Origin: a virus
Lineage: Duplodnaviria > Caudoviricetes
Reading direction: 5' to 3' (one strand)
IMG/VR virus record: IMGVR_UViG_3300036855_000024
Coordinates: 2,268 to 66,267 of that record
DNA length: 64,000 nt
How positions within the stretch are numbered: the first letter of the stretch is position 1; each line of letters begins with the position of its first letter. The notes beneath the pieces were generated by a model. The model worked only from the letters and a program-made list of their open reading frames with translations, was not told the DNA's origin and made no database searches. A program made the position numbers and the translations under genes. Shown here piece by piece: positions 38,758 through 48,980 of this stretch.

Positions 38758-39342
38758 TTAGTGGTGCTCGGTACCTATCACTGTAGGTCCTAGTGCTTTG
38801 CTGGCGCTGTCGGTTTCCGGCCGACCACGTGGCCTATCGCTCACGCTCATGATCCCTGAGGCCAATGTCCACTCGACATAGCCATTCGTATTAGCGTCTC
38901 TGCCATAGAGGGTAGAGCATGGACCAGTAGTGTAATAGGCGCCGTCCAGTGCTGGCATCGGAATGTTAAGAGCGCCGCCGTTTCCACTCCAGTCCTGCCG
39001 TACTGGACTGAATCTCTGTGCGCAATAGCTCACGGGCAGACCCTTAAGTACGTAATAGCCCATTGTCTGCCCATTCTGGTCACTGAGGTAGACATAGGAG
39101 AGCTTGTCGGGATCATGCCCCCACGTCTCAGCAAAGAAATTGATTGTTCTGAGCGTCGGCGAGTACGGCATTTTGACAGCCGGTTCAGATTTTGTCATCG
39201 AATCGTAGTTCTGCTGTTGGATACTCTGCTCATTAGATTGCGTGGCAGGCTGACCGTCACATTTAGACGCCATAGAGAAAACCATAGCGAAACCGGACAC
39301 GCTTGCGATTGTTACCTTTTGCCATGTCTTCAGTCTCCGCAT
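38758..39342 (-). CDS. Secreted/lipoprotein-like protein
   Basis: Basic N-terminus, hydrophobic stretch, then Cys (MASKCDG). Confidence 0.65.
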   Translation of the reverse strand: MRRLKTWQKVTIASVSGFAMVFSMASKCDGQPATQSNEQSIQQQNYDSMTKSEPAVKMPYSPTLRTINFFAETWGHDPDKLSYVYLSDQNGQTMGYYVLKGLPVSYCAQRFSPVRQDWSGNGGALNIPMPALDGAYYTTGPCSTLYGRDANTNGYVEWTLASGIMSVSDRPRGRPETDSASKALGPTVIGTEHH

Positions 39343-39791
39343 GACACACTCTCCGATTGTGGGTCGATATGAATAGGAAGGCTGGCTGACCTGAATTGGT
39401 CAAGCGTCGCAGTCTTGGAGGCGTCGGCATTGTACTGTCTGATTGCCTCGTTCCGCCCGTTTTCCTGAGCCCCAAGGTTAGTGGTTAGGTCACGCAACGC
39501 GATAGAGTCGCCAGTGGCCGCTGTCATCTGTTGACGCGTGACTGTAATCTGGTCGTTGAATGTCTGTACACTGGCACACAAATCGAAGAAATGGTTATAG
39601 GTAGCCGTCCGGTAGTTCGGATCTCCGAATATCTGTTCATTCTGCCTTACACCGCCTCGGAAATTCGCTGTTTCCTTTTGGAACAGCCCGACACCGAGAA
39701 TCCACATTCCGCTAAGGGCAAGAACAGCAGCGATGAATAGACTCCATCCAATGACGGCTTTAACTGTCCATCTAGCATACAACTGGATCAC
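39330..39791 (-). CDS. Membrane-anchored protein
   Basis: N-terminal TM; YNHFFDLCASVQ...RNEAIRQYNADA. Confidence 0.65.
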   Translation of the reverse strand: MIQLYARWTVKAVIGWSLFIAAVLALSGMWILGVGLFQKETANFRGGVRQNEQIFGDPNYRTATYNHFFDLCASVQTFNDQITVTRQQMTAATGDSIALRDLTTNLGAQENGRNEAIRQYNADASKTATLDQFRSASLPIHIDPQSESVSCGD

Positions 39792-40110
39792 CTCTCTGTT
39801 CTGCCTCCATAACCATATCGATAAAGATGCGCTTCACATCTGCTAGCTTTACGGTGCTACCGTGATAGGCAGGATTGCACCAGCTCAGCAGTTGCATCGC
39901 ACACCCGTCTACTATCCCGCGCTGTAGTGCAAGCTGTTCGAGTGATGCTCCCTGCGATTCCAGAAATAAGTACTTGCCAATTGCGTTGGTCAGGTTCTCT
40001 TTAAGGTAGTCCTCAGTCAGTTTTCCCTGCACTCTGCGCATTCTCTGGTATCCCGTCTGCTGTCGATGACCAACCGATCGACAACTATACCGCACTGGGC
40101 ACTTACCCAT
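39772..40110 (-). CDS. Hypothetical protein
   Basis: 112-aa ORF; start uncertain. Confidence 0.45.
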   Translation of the reverse strand: MGKCPVRYSCRSVGHRQQTGYQRMRRVQGKLTEDYLKENLTNAIGKYLFLESQGASLEQLALQRGIVDGCAMQLLSWCNPAYHGSTVKLADVKRIFIDMVMEAEQRGDPVVC

Positions 40111-40314
40111 CTAGGAGCTGCCAGCTAGGACACGCAGCAGTGCCTCTGAGGGCTTACGGCATTCCGTGCACACGTACAGTCCGGTTTCCTGATCGTAGGT
40201 CCACCCAGCGGGCGGCTTGCGAGCTATCGTGCACGTGCACCATTCAGTGACTATCTCTGGCTCTACCATGGCAACTGCTGAGGGTCTGGCACGGCAGCAC
40301 ACTCCTAGGAGTCT

Positions 40315-40650
40315 TTATCTTTTATTGCCAGGAATGACGGCTAGACTGGATTGTTGCCACTCCAGTACAGATCCCGGAATGTTGCAGGTATACTCCAAAG
40401 CCTCGATTTCATAGCGGCCAGGCTTGTCGGGCAGACCTTCTGAGAATGCGTATAGGCCGTCACACATTATTGTTATACCTACTTGACAGGTGTACTCGAT
40501 GAATGTAGTAGGAGGTATATATACTGTCTCAGTCGAGCACGAGTCTGGGTGGATGATGCGAAAATCCTCACAATCTCCATCCTCGTTAATCTCTATCAGT
40601 TCGATTATATGTCTATTACTAGTTGAGTATGACCTGTTCATCCTTTTCAT
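40315..40650 (-). CDS. Hypothetical protein
   Basis: 111-aa ORF. Confidence 0.5.
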   Translation of the reverse strand: MKRMNRSYSTSNRHIIELIEINEDGDCEDFRIIHPDSCSTETVYIPPTTFIEYTCQVGITIMCDGLYAFSEGLPDKPGRYEIEALEYTCNIPGSVLEWQQSSLAVIPGNKR

Positions 40651-40654
40651 TCTC

Positions 40655-41626
40655 CTACCTTGCCAGGTTGTAGACAGTCTTACGTTGGCTGTACGGTGCT
40701 CCCTCCGGTCCGCGTTCGTGGCTAGCTACGAACACGCGTTTTGTCATGGTCAAACCAGGGCCATAGTGCTGAGTGCGATAGTAGCCGTCTACAGCGACTC
40801 GAAGACCGAGCGGGGTACCAGTACCAGGGTGCTCTGTAGGCTTGCTCTCACGGCGCAGCGTGACTACTGTAATGCCCTCGCTAATCTTGGCTCGCTTGGC
40901 TAACCGGCGAGTAGCACGATCGGCCGACTCATATCTGTGGGAGGCCAACGTCTGACCCATGAGTTCCCACAAAGCACACATAACCCGTACGGGGTTAAGT
41001 GTTCCACTCGTATTGACTATTCCATGAGCGTCGAAATGATTCTGAGTGGGGTACAAACGTGGCAGCCCAATACGAGTATCGGAGGTGATATAGAGTACGT
41101 TGTTGGGTGCCCAACCATTAGTTTCCCTGCGCACGTCGGCATAACTGCTAGGGTGGTAGCCTATAATATCCTTGGTAACGTCGTCGGGGGCTAGAATGTC
41201 ATTTGCCCACTGTACAATCAATGTACCGTGAGTGTTCGAATTACGATCGTGTGAAGGTCCCCACGACAACGCTACGGTATTCATTCTCTTAGAGAGTCTG
41301 TCCAGTTCTTGCAGGGGCTTCCCCAGTACACACCAGCCAATACGTGCGGGAGGTGGGAAATTAGATACACAATCGACTTCGCTCACCCCTAACCGGAATT
41401 CACTGTAGTTGGCTACTAGATCGACCATATCAGGCTCTACGTGGTATGGCTTACCGTAGCGCACCTGATTAAAAATGGCCCCGCGCCCACCCTGTATAGT
41501 AATTCCGTAATGTTTTCCGTAATGTTTTCCCACGCTCTCTACTATGTTACCGATGGCACCATTGTTAATTGACAGTAGGCTAGCTAGGTCTGCCTGCATC
41601 CTTAGAGTGTCCGCAGGTCTCGTCAT
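40655..41626 (-). CDS. Conserved-type actinophage hypothetical protein
   Basis: C-terminal VDGYYRTQHYGP...VASHERGPEGAP motif. Confidence 0.7.
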   Translation of the reverse strand: MTRPADTLRMQADLASLLSINNGAIGNIVESVGKHYGKHYGITIQGGRGAIFNQVRYGKPYHVEPDMVDLVANYSEFRLGVSEVDCVSNFPPPARIGWCVLGKPLQELDRLSKRMNTVALSWGPSHDRNSNTHGTLIVQWANDILAPDDVTKDIIGYHPSSYADVRRETNGWAPNNVLYITSDTRIGLPRLYPTQNHFDAHGIVNTSGTLNPVRVMCALWELMGQTLASHRYESADRATRRLAKRAKISEGITVVTLRRESKPTEHPGTGTPLGLRVAVDGYYRTQHYGPGLTMTKRVFVASHERGPEGAPYSQRKTVYNLAR

Positions 41627-41783
41627 TTATCCGTTCCTCCCTACTGAGTAGATATGAAGCCGGTAGTGCCTTATGACGCTGGTAGGCACTACCAGCCACG
41701 CTAACTGCTCAGTGGTGCTGGACACTACATTGTCTATCTCTACCCGCGTTGTACGGCTGAACGGGCTGCTCGGCACACTCAGT

Positions 41784-42020
41784 TCACAGCTCTGCACCGC
41801 ACCACGCACAGTAGTAGATGTCTGGGTATTCGCTGAAATGGTCGATAGCTCCGCCGTTGCACCCCGCTTCATCCTGGTGAATCTCCATAAGGTCGTCAGC
41901 AAAGTCGTCGTACCATACGTCTACTTCATCCCAACCCAGACGATTCAGGAAACCGCCTATGCCGAACACAGCAAACCTCCTCAGATTCGGTCGTAGACAC
42001 CAGTGCATATGCCCTGACAT
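41784..42020 (-). CDS. Small zinc-binding hypothetical protein
   Basis: HWC...CAWCG. Confidence 0.5.
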   Translation of the reverse strand: MSGHMHWCLRPNLRRFAVFGIGGFLNRLGWDEVDVWYDDFADDLMEIHQDEAGCNGGAIDHFSEYPDIYYCAWCGAEL

Positions 42021-42037
42021 GACACCATTTGTTGTCC

Positions 42038-42499
42038 CTACTTAGAGTCCGCATTGAACCAGTTGTTAACCCGGCCGGTATGGAAGGCATTTATTGCGTC
42101 TTGTGTCTCGCCGCCGCATCGATTGGAGACCTGACCGGCAGCCTCGGCGTACCGCTGAATTGTGGAAATGGCACGGTACTTATTGTCATTGCAGTAGGTA
42201 CAGCCACCCTCTAGGCACGTGGCGTCCGGGTTGGGCCAACAGATACGACGCTTAGTCGGCTCAGTGAACACCGCTTCGCTAGGCACCTGTACGTTGTCTA
42301 TCATTAATTCTGCCTCGGATGGGTCGTTAATCATTTGCCGCCTCCCTTTCATTGACTCTCGTCGGCCCCGGTTGTGCCAAGACTCTACCCACTCGGGGTG
42401 GTGCTCCCTGGCTAGGAACCACCCAGCCTTGTGCGCGTGAATCTTCCCCCATTTGTGGATGGATATCTTCTTACTGCACCCCTCACATTGCTTTTCCAT
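42038..42499 (-). CDS. Hypothetical Cys-rich protein (possibly two genes)
   Basis: CEGC and CLEGGCTYC. Confidence 0.45.
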   Translation of the reverse strand: MEKQCEGCSKKISIHKWGKIHAHKAGWFLAREHHPEWVESWHNRGRRESMKGRRQMINDPSEAELMIDNVQVPSEAVFTEPTKRRICWPNPDATCLEGGCTYCNDNKYRAISTIQRYAEAAGQVSNRCGGETQDAINAFHTGRVNNWFNADSK

Positions 42500-42538
42500 A
42501 CTGCCCTCATTGATAGGGGTTAATGTGGATGGTACTGC

Positions 42539-42799
42539 CTACTCCTCGATCTCGAATCCGGCAGCCGTGAATACAGCAACTACTAGATCCAAGTATTCGT
42601 AGCTGTCTCGGTATGAAACCTCACGTACCGCATTGATTGCCCGCTCAATCTGCTCCTCGGTGATTACTCGATTCTCGATATCTAGATCGAAACAATCACA
42701 GACCTCACTGCTGTCGGAATGCTCTCTACATACGCTGCCATTCATCGTAGCGACTCCAGTAGTTCTCCGTAGGCTTTGATAGTAGTCGTTTCCATTCAC
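42539..42799 (-). CDS. Hypothetical protein
   Basis: 86-aa ORF. Confidence 0.5.
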   Translation of the reverse strand: MNGNDYYQSLRRTTGVATMNGSVCREHSDSSEVCDCFDLDIENRVITEEQIERAINAVREVSYRDSYEYLDLVVAVFTAAGFEIEE

Positions 42800-42808
42800 G
42801 ACCGGTGT

Positions 42809-43876
42809 TCAGGCAGTGAGCACGCCCGTCCTGTAGAGAGCGTTCATTACGCTCCCATCTTCCTTATCGGTCGTACCGTCGATAGCCTGAAGCATGTTCC
42901 GTTCACTCCGGACGGTCCCCGTATTCACTTGCGCTACGTGGTGTCGGTAGGTGTTGAATGCTTGAAGCACGCCGAACGCCGTTCCCTGCCAGGGTGCAAC
43001 TCGATCGTCGTGGTCCCACAGATCGATAACCTTATTCCAACGGTTCGTCGCCCTGGTCAGGCCACGCTGGGAATTTCCGGCCGGATAGACCTCTTTAAGT
43101 ACCATGTCCATCTGCGTGCTGGTCACACTGGCCTTACACAGCTTTTCCATCTCGGAGGCGAAATCATCCGCTGTCGAGTGGATGATCTGGAGTGTTTCAC
43201 GTGCGTCAGCAATACGGGGTTCCGAGTATTTGGAATGCTGGATCTTGAACCCGGTATTACCGGCCAGAGCTGCACTCAGCGTATTGTCGCACACTACAGC
43301 AGTGATAGTACGCTTATAGGTGGTGCTCAGGCTGCCATCGCATGAGGTAGCAGCTACGATGTTCGGACGGAACAGAATTCCCGGCATATTGCCGATTGCG
43401 TCGGTAGCGACGGACTCAGGGACGCTGACTTCCACCCAGGCAACAGCACCGCCACGAAGGAGACCGGCAGACGAGATTCCCAGCTCTCCACCCAGGATCT
43501 GGGCAGTGTTGTTGAGTAGTGCCACAGTGTAGTTGTGCTCCTGGTAGGAAGTTTTAAACATGCCGAGATCGGCAAAGGTGTCGGATCGGGCGATATTCAC
43601 GCGGTCTGGTCGCTCAATGAGCTGGTACGGAGAGCCATCGTCCAACATTCCGTCCGCTTTATCGATATCGGACGTGGGCACGCGGACATACACGGGAAGC
43701 CGGATTGGTTCCCAATTGAACAGCCGCCTCTTGACATCGCCGATGGGGATAGGGCCTGGGTAGTGGTTGTTTTCTTCCCCCTGGCATTCCTCGCGGTAGT
43801 GCCAGGCCTTGGACCTATGGGCGGTATTGCCGATCAGAGTATTGCCGTTCAGCCATTGTGTAGTTTCCTGAGACAC
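42809..43876 (-). CDS. DUF932 / LGT_TIGR03299 phage-plasmid-like protein
   Basis: AWHY, SAGLLRGGAVAW, TSCDGSLST, VVCDNTL, QGTAFGVLQAFNTY. Confidence 0.85.
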   Translation of the reverse strand: MSQETTQWLNGNTLIGNTAHRSKAWHYREECQGEENNHYPGPIPIGDVKRRLFNWEPIRLPVYVRVPTSDIDKADGMLDDGSPYQLIERPDRVNIARSDTFADLGMFKTSYQEHNYTVALLNNTAQILGGELGISSAGLLRGGAVAWVEVSVPESVATDAIGNMPGILFRPNIVAATSCDGSLSTTYKRTITAVVCDNTLSAALAGNTGFKIQHSKYSEPRIADARETLQIIHSTADDFASEMEKLCKASVTSTQMDMVLKEVYPAGNSQRGLTRATNRWNKVIDLWDHDDRVAPWQGTAFGVLQAFNTYRHHVAQVNTGTVRSERNMLQAIDGTTDKEDGSVMNALYRTGVLTA

Positions 43877-43934
43877 GATTCAGCCTCTCTTTTCGAGACG
43901 GGGGGAGTATTGGCTTGTCTTTCGTACAGGTTTG

Positions 43935-43963
43935 ATAGTACCGGGTGGGGATGCACCGTGCAA
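43935..43963 (-). promoter_or_regulatory. Putative sigma70-type promoter
   Basis: TTGCAC-17 nt-TACTAT on the minus strand, upstream of DUF932. Confidence 0.65.
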
Positions 43964-44184
43964 CCAAGCACGGACACAAGATCATCCTATGGCCGTAGCG
44001 TGTGGGACTGGCAGGTCGGGACTGTGAGACTGGCCCTGTAGTGGCCGCTGCCTCAAGATCACTGGAGGGCCGGTGTCATCACACCGGATCGGCGAGGGCT
44101 ACCGCCAGGCGAGGACTCCTGCCCCGCACGGCGGCAGACTGGCAGACCTGCCCTCGCCCTGCTCCGGGCTGGGCCTGGCCGCAT

Positions 44185-44454
44185 TTAGCTCCTAGCCTCA
44201 CGCATGGCCTTAGCGTTGAGGACAGCCGCGTGAACGTAATAACTTGCTATCTCTACGTCCTCTGCCGTGACCTGAATAGGGTAGCCACTGCTGTTGATAG
44301 CGTTGGCAATCATCTCGCTCTCGGTGAGAGGAATAGGCTTGTGCTTACTGAACCCATTCTCCTGCGAGTATCTGACCACCTTATCCAGGACCAGGCACAA
44401 CACCATTCCTAGCGCCATTCCTAAAGCTAGTGTCTGAACTGTTAAGATAGACAA
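44185..44454 (-). CDS. Single-TM protein
   Basis: N-terminal hydrophobic helix. Confidence 0.6.
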   Translation of the reverse strand: MSILTVQTLALGMALGMVLCLVLDKVVRYSQENGFSKHKPIPLTESEMIANAINSSGYPIQVTAEDVEIASYYVHAAVLNAKAMREARS

Positions 44455-44456
44455 CT

Positions 44457-45158
44457 TTAATCGCCACCTAATAGATAGTCTGGACTGACTTTGTCAATGT
44501 ACTTATTGTAACCTGCCCGATAGGCAGGCGTTGCGATTCCAGCATCTCGCTCTGCTCGTTGAGCCTGGGCTACTCTACTGACTATCCGGCGCCTGTTGGT
44601 ACTGTTCTTTCTATTGTTGTAGAGAGGTAGGAACAGCCGAATATAGACGGTCTCCAGGAAGTTGAGCACTGGCCCGTACTCACCTCTGTGGCCTGGCCTC
44701 TTCTTGACACCTGGCATCCATCGTGTCTCAATAGAGAATCGCCAATCGGTCACGGTGTCTGCCCACACCTTTTGCGGAGTCTCGTAATAGTCAGACCCAA
44801 GAATGTGTTGCTCGATTCTCGGGTGCCTCAGCACTCCATCATTATCGGTCCAAGGCTTCTGAGTGGTGAGACCGACGTATATGCACTTACGCCTGCCGGT
44901 AACTGGGTGCAGGCCAAAGATTAGGTAGACTGCACCATAACCAAAGTTGAACACCCAATAGAGGATGAGCATTAGGACTAAGGTAATTGAGGCTGTGTAG
45001 ATTGGATTAACGAAATCGATACCGAGCCATAGTCTGATAGCTAGGCTCACTGTCAAGCTCATGAGAATAGCGAATACAAGAAAAAGGTGCTGCCAGATCC
45101 ACCCGAGGGCTTTCCTGACAGCGCCTTTTCTCTTGCGCCTACGTCGATTAGTGGCCAT
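44457..45158 (-). CDS. Membrane-anchored GIY-YIG nuclease-like protein
   Basis: Basic N-terminus and 2 TM, then GAVYLI...IYVGLT...RIEQH...LETVYI...PLYN. Confidence 0.7.
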   Translation of the reverse strand: MATNRRRRKRKGAVRKALGWIWQHLFLVFAILMSLTVSLAIRLWLGIDFVNPIYTASITLVLMLILYWVFNFGYGAVYLIFGLHPVTGRRKCIYVGLTTQKPWTDNDGVLRHPRIEQHILGSDYYETPQKVWADTVTDWRFSIETRWMPGVKKRPGHRGEYGPVLNFLETVYIRLFLPLYNNRKNSTNRRRIVSRVAQAQRAERDAGIATPAYRAGYNKYIDKVSPDYLLGGD

Positions 45159-45163
45159 GGCCG

Positions 45164-45391
45164 TTAGCCCTTATTCAGACCGGCTGAGGCATGAGTGATG
45201 AATGAGCCAATCCCACTGATCAGTCCATTGACCAGATCTCCCAGTACTCCACCGTAGTGAGAGCCGTTTGTAAGAACGATGTACAGCAAGTACAGAACGA
45301 TCACAATAACTATCAGTGCCATAATCCGCTCGAACAGCCATTCTAGCATTCCGTTACTCCTCCCTCTGCGACTTGATTTGTAGTTTGGCAT
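45164..45391 (-). CDS. Small membrane protein
   Basis: Hydrophobic core. Confidence 0.55.
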   Translation of the reverse strand: MPNYKSSRRGRSNGMLEWLFERIMALIVIVIVLYLLYIVLTNGSHYGGVLGDLVNGLISGIGSFITHASAGLNKG

Positions 45392-45560
45392 TGTCTAGAT
45401 CGCATCCTTGATTTCTGAACTAGTGACTCCGAGTGCAAATAGAGCCTCTGACACTTCATTGTCTATGTCGTCACTTGCCAATTCAAACTCGGGAGAGGAT
45501 TGCTTTGCCACGTATGCCATACCGAGTATGTAGGCGATAGCCTCTTCCCTGTCCATTGAA

Positions 45561-45914
45561 TCACTCCTGACTGATAGTCTTGAACTGTGGGCAGTACGAA
45601 CCGACAGACGCGCCCACGATTGCACCTGCCTGGGTCTGTGAGTAGGTAGTGCCGGCAGCGATGGTGAAGATGATAGCTGAGCCGGTAGTGCCATTAGCCA
45701 ACTCATCACAAATAGAATGGGCAGCTGCGATAGCATTGGTGGCGGATGAGTAGGGGATATTGTATTGGTCTAGCGTGCTGATGTAGACGCTATCCTCGGC
45801 GGCGGCGTTGTTAGTCGTTGATGCGTTGCCAGTACTACCCGCAAAAGACAGCGCGAGCATGATCAGGCCAACACCAATGAACACAGTAAAGAGAATATAC
45901 AGAGCGGCTTTCAT
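45561..45914 (-). CDS. DUF732 domain exported protein
   Basis: TM followed by EDSVYISTL...AIAAAHSICDEL...AGAIVGASVGSYCP. Confidence 0.85.
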   Translation of the reverse strand: MKAALYILFTVFIGVGLIMLALSFAGSTGNASTTNNAAAEDSVYISTLDQYNIPYSSATNAIAAAHSICDELANGTTGSAIIFTIAAGTTYSQTQAGAIVGASVGSYCPQFKTISQE

Positions 45915-45922
45915 TTCTCCTC

Positions 45923-46165
45923 CTAGGTTGTGGTCTCTGGTAGTTCTAGCTCGACTCCGTGGGTACTACGCGCCCACCTGGCAGCGTCCCAACCGTAGAG
46001 GCTCTTATAGATCACGTCTCCATTCCAAGCAATGACGTAATACCATCTGTCGTGATAGTGGATATGCACTAGCTTTGTCCTCCCACGCGATAGGTAGTGA
46101 TAGGGCGAGTCAACACCCTTCCAAGTAGTGACCATTCTCAATTCTTTATTACTTGCCAAGCGCAC
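45923..46165 (-). CDS. Hypothetical protein
   Basis: 80-aa ORF. Confidence 0.45.
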   Translation of the reverse strand: MRLASNKELRMVTTWKGVDSPYHYLSRGRTKLVHIHYHDRWYYVIAWNGDVIYKSLYGWDAARWARSTHGVELELPETTT

Positions 46166-46513
46166 CCTTTACAATGCTCTTGGCAATTAGCCACAAATAC
46201 TTGATCCAATAGATCATTAGTGTCACCTCCCAAGGTTCATAGGGTTACTAGCGCGGAGGCGTCCTAGGACTAGGTACGTCCTTAGACCTGGTGTCCCGCA
46301 TCTCAGTTTCTAGTTTCTCAATCTCCCGGTTGATACGATCCCACAATGAATCAGACATTGTTATGCACTACCTTTCTAACGACTGTAATCATTCAATGAC
46401 TCGAACGTTGCATCCGGTATAACCCTCGATACCGAACGTGCCAGAAACCACCTAGCCCCTCAGAGCTAGGCTCTCGACTTAATCTGGCTCCCCTATCCTG
46501 AAAGGATTTCCTA

Positions 46514-46753
46514 CTAATAGGAATTCGTCGGACGGACACAATATCCTTGCAGTTTGGATCTGTGAAGTTGGTTCAAGTGTTCTGCAGATTTGTTGGCATC
46601 ACTCTTTGAACCCTTCACTCGAACTACATATCCGCTATCGGCAACTACTACTTTCTTACCGTTGGTAGAGAATTTCTCGGCTTTCACTGTGCTACCTCCG
46701 TAGTAGTCTACGATGATCCCATCTCTGAACCTGTTAACCAACAGGTGCATCAT
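46514..46753 (-). CDS. Hypothetical protein
   Basis: 79-aa ORF. Confidence 0.5.
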   Translation of the reverse strand: MMHLLVNRFRDGIIVDYYGGSTVKAEKFSTNGKKVVVADSGYVVRVKGSKSDANKSAEHLNQLHRSKLQGYCVRPTNSY

Positions 46754-47387
46754 CGATCATCGTAGTGAGAGTGTTAATGACATCCTCGCGCCATTCGTCT
46801 ACCTGATCACCACTGGGTTCATCCGGTGTGTAAAGCCCAGTGCCTTCGCACTGATTACACTGAGAGCCATCTTCCAAGTCTCCATCGATGCACTCCTCAC
46901 ATTCGGTTTTCTCTGCATCTGGATAGTCTGGGCACTGATTTAGGCCGTCCTCGATATCGTTGGCCCACGAATCGAGGTTGTCGGCGATCTCCGACAGTTC
47001 CTCTGAAGTAGAGGTAGGGTGGCCGAAACCATCTTCTATGTTGGAAGCCGACTCCCTCTTTTCCTCTGCTATTGCCCGGATCTCTTCAGCAGTGTTACTG
47101 AGTACCGATTCAACATCGTCTTGTGTCTCCACATTGTAAATGTAGATTTGGAAGTTGTGGCCGATCTCCGCGAGCCGTGCCCATAATGCGCTGCTCAGTT
47201 CCCAGGGGTGCCAGATAGGACACTTGTCGCAGCGATAGCGCGTGTGTGAGCTTCTAGGGCTGGTCTTCACTGTCACGTGCTTATAGGAAGTACGCGGCAG
47301 GATGGTGACCGAACACTGCTCACAAACATGATGGGTCTTGCCTGGTCGTGGCTTGTGTGCAGACTTTACATGGACAACTTTAGGCAT
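46734..47387 (-). CDS. Zinc-finger and acidic helical hypothetical protein
   Basis: CEQC...CDKC and CEEC...CNQC. Confidence 0.7.
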   Translation of the reverse strand: MPKVVHVKSAHKPRPGKTHHVCEQCSVTILPRTSYKHVTVKTSPRSSHTRYRCDKCPIWHPWELSSALWARLAEIGHNFQIYIYNVETQDDVESVLSNTAEEIRAIAEEKRESASNIEDGFGHPTSTSEELSEIADNLDSWANDIEDGLNQCPDYPDAEKTECEECIDGDLEDGSQCNQCEGTGLYTPDEPSGDQVDEWREDVINTLTTMIDDAPVG

Positions 47388-47586
47388 GGTTTACTACCTC
47401 ATTTCTTGGGAGTGCATCGACTCTGCCAGGTCCCGGTATGGATAGTCTGATTACCAGTGGGAGTGCTAGCAGTGACTACGGGAACTCCACAGTCTTTAGG
47501 GCACTCCCGCGCTACTGGTTTGGGAAACGAAATTGACATGACCACACTACCTTAAGAGTAAATGGATGGTTGGTTAAACTAGTGAG

Positions 47587-47658
47587 CGGCCCCTGTAGGA
47601 ATTGAACCCTACTACTCTGCATTGAGAATGCGGCGTCTTACCATTAGACTAAGGGGCC
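47587..47658 (-). tRNA. tRNA-Glu (CUC), slightly irregular T arm, no encoded CCA
   Basis: GGCCCCT/AGGGGCC acceptor, GTCT/AGAC D stem, CCGCA-TTCTCAA-TGCAG anticodon arm, GTAGG-GTTCAATT-CCTAC T arm. Confidence 0.8.
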
Positions 47659-47753
47659 TTATTGCTTACGTGCTGACATTCAACTCCAACGGGGAAATTG
47701 AGAGGGAGGTAAGTGGGACACCACATCTCCACTCCACGAATGGTTTGATTGTC

Positions 47754-48185
47754 TTAGTCATCGTCTTCCCCATTCGTAACCAAGTCTTCGATCGGTCCGA
47801 GGGCCTTAACGTTCTCGGATGATCCGAGCCGAGTGAGGCGGTGAGCGCCTTCTAGGGCTTCGCCCCATGTCTTACCGCAGTCTTGCTCAATCTGTGCTTC
47901 GCGCAGTGCATCCAAGGCAGAGATAGTGAACATCACCTGATCAGTGCGGAAATAATCCGCCATCCAGTACGACGTTTCGGTGCAGCCGTCCAGAGCCGTA
48001 ACGTCCAAGCCGATCCGGCTAACGAAATGACCGACCAAGCACGACGGTTCCCCGTGGTGCACGTAGACACATGCAGTCCAGTCATTCTCGGGACAGGACA
48101 CCCTCTCGTACACGTAGTCAGCGCCGTACTCGGCGATGATCTCTTCCAGCTTCTCGATGACTAGTTCTTCCGTAACCTCGATCAC
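47754..48185 (-). CDS. Hypothetical protein
   Basis: GADYVY...CVY...PSCLVG...AQIEQDCGKTWGEAL; AGGAG RBS. Confidence 0.7.
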   Translation of the reverse strand: MIEVTEELVIEKLEEIIAEYGADYVYERVSCPENDWTACVYVHHGEPSCLVGHFVSRIGLDVTALDGCTETSYWMADYFRTDQVMFTISALDALREAQIEQDCGKTWGEALEGAHRLTRLGSSENVKALGPIEDLVTNGEDDD

Positions 48186-48367
48186 AACTCCTCCTTCTCG
48201 TTTTTTGCTTCAGGTTCACGTCATGCAATATGGGCACTTGACGCTATCAGCCTGTACTATGTCCATCTCACACGCCCCCATTCCCATTGCACCCAGTGCA
48301 AACGGTGAGCCCATCGTTTGTGTCTTGTCCAGTTGAGCCTGAGCCACCACAGAATGTGCACGTGATC

Positions 48368-48850
48368 CTAGGCATTGTTCTCCTCTTCATCATGTAATAG
48401 CCTGAGCACACTCAGCTCTACCTCTGAATATGGAGCGTCGATAGGCATTCCAGCATCCGGGTATCCGTTATTACGTAGCCACTTGTTTACGCGATCGTCC
48501 TCGCCTGGCTCATACATGAATGCGATCAGGTGGTGCCAGCAGAAGTCAGCCGCTCTAGCAAAGCCCGCTGGAGTGATGTGCCAATCAAGCATAGAGATAT
48601 GCCATTCGGCTTGGAGCTTGCACCGTGCACGGTCCTGGATACCACGCGGAGGATTCTTGTCTTTTGGTCCCCAATTGTAGAGGTCTCTCAGCGCTACCGC
48701 TCCCCATTTGATACCGTCACAAGGCACCGCAACCTTACGGCGCAGTATCCAGGGCATCCGGGCGACTAACTCTTTACGCTCTGCCAGTGACAGCAGCTTT
48801 CGTTCCTCAGTCATCCGTCTACTCTCCGTTCCAGTAAGGCTGCCCGTCAT
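48368..48850 (-). CDS. Hypothetical protein
   Basis: 160-aa ORF. Confidence 0.6.
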   Translation of the reverse strand: MTGSLTGTESRRMTEERKLLSLAERKELVARMPWILRRKVAVPCDGIKWGAVALRDLYNWGPKDKNPPRGIQDRARCKLQAEWHISMLDWHITPAGFARAADFCWHHLIAFMYEPGEDDRVNKWLRNNGYPDAGMPIDAPYSEVELSVLRLLHDEEENNA

Positions 48851-48980
48851 AGGCTGCCAGTAATGCAGCCGTCTTTGTCTCTTTCCGTTGCCATTCCTCT
48901 ACGTCCATCCAGCCGATATGGTATCTTTCGGCAGCGAGCATAACGAACACATCGTTACTTGGATGGTGAACATCTATGGC

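Noticed and set aside
47456-47520. Hairpin GGGAGTGC/GCACTCCC downstream of tRNA-Glu as a theta-type ribozyme
   Set aside because: It is not adjacent to the tRNA 3' end and has no HDV-like topology; probably a terminator or processing stem.
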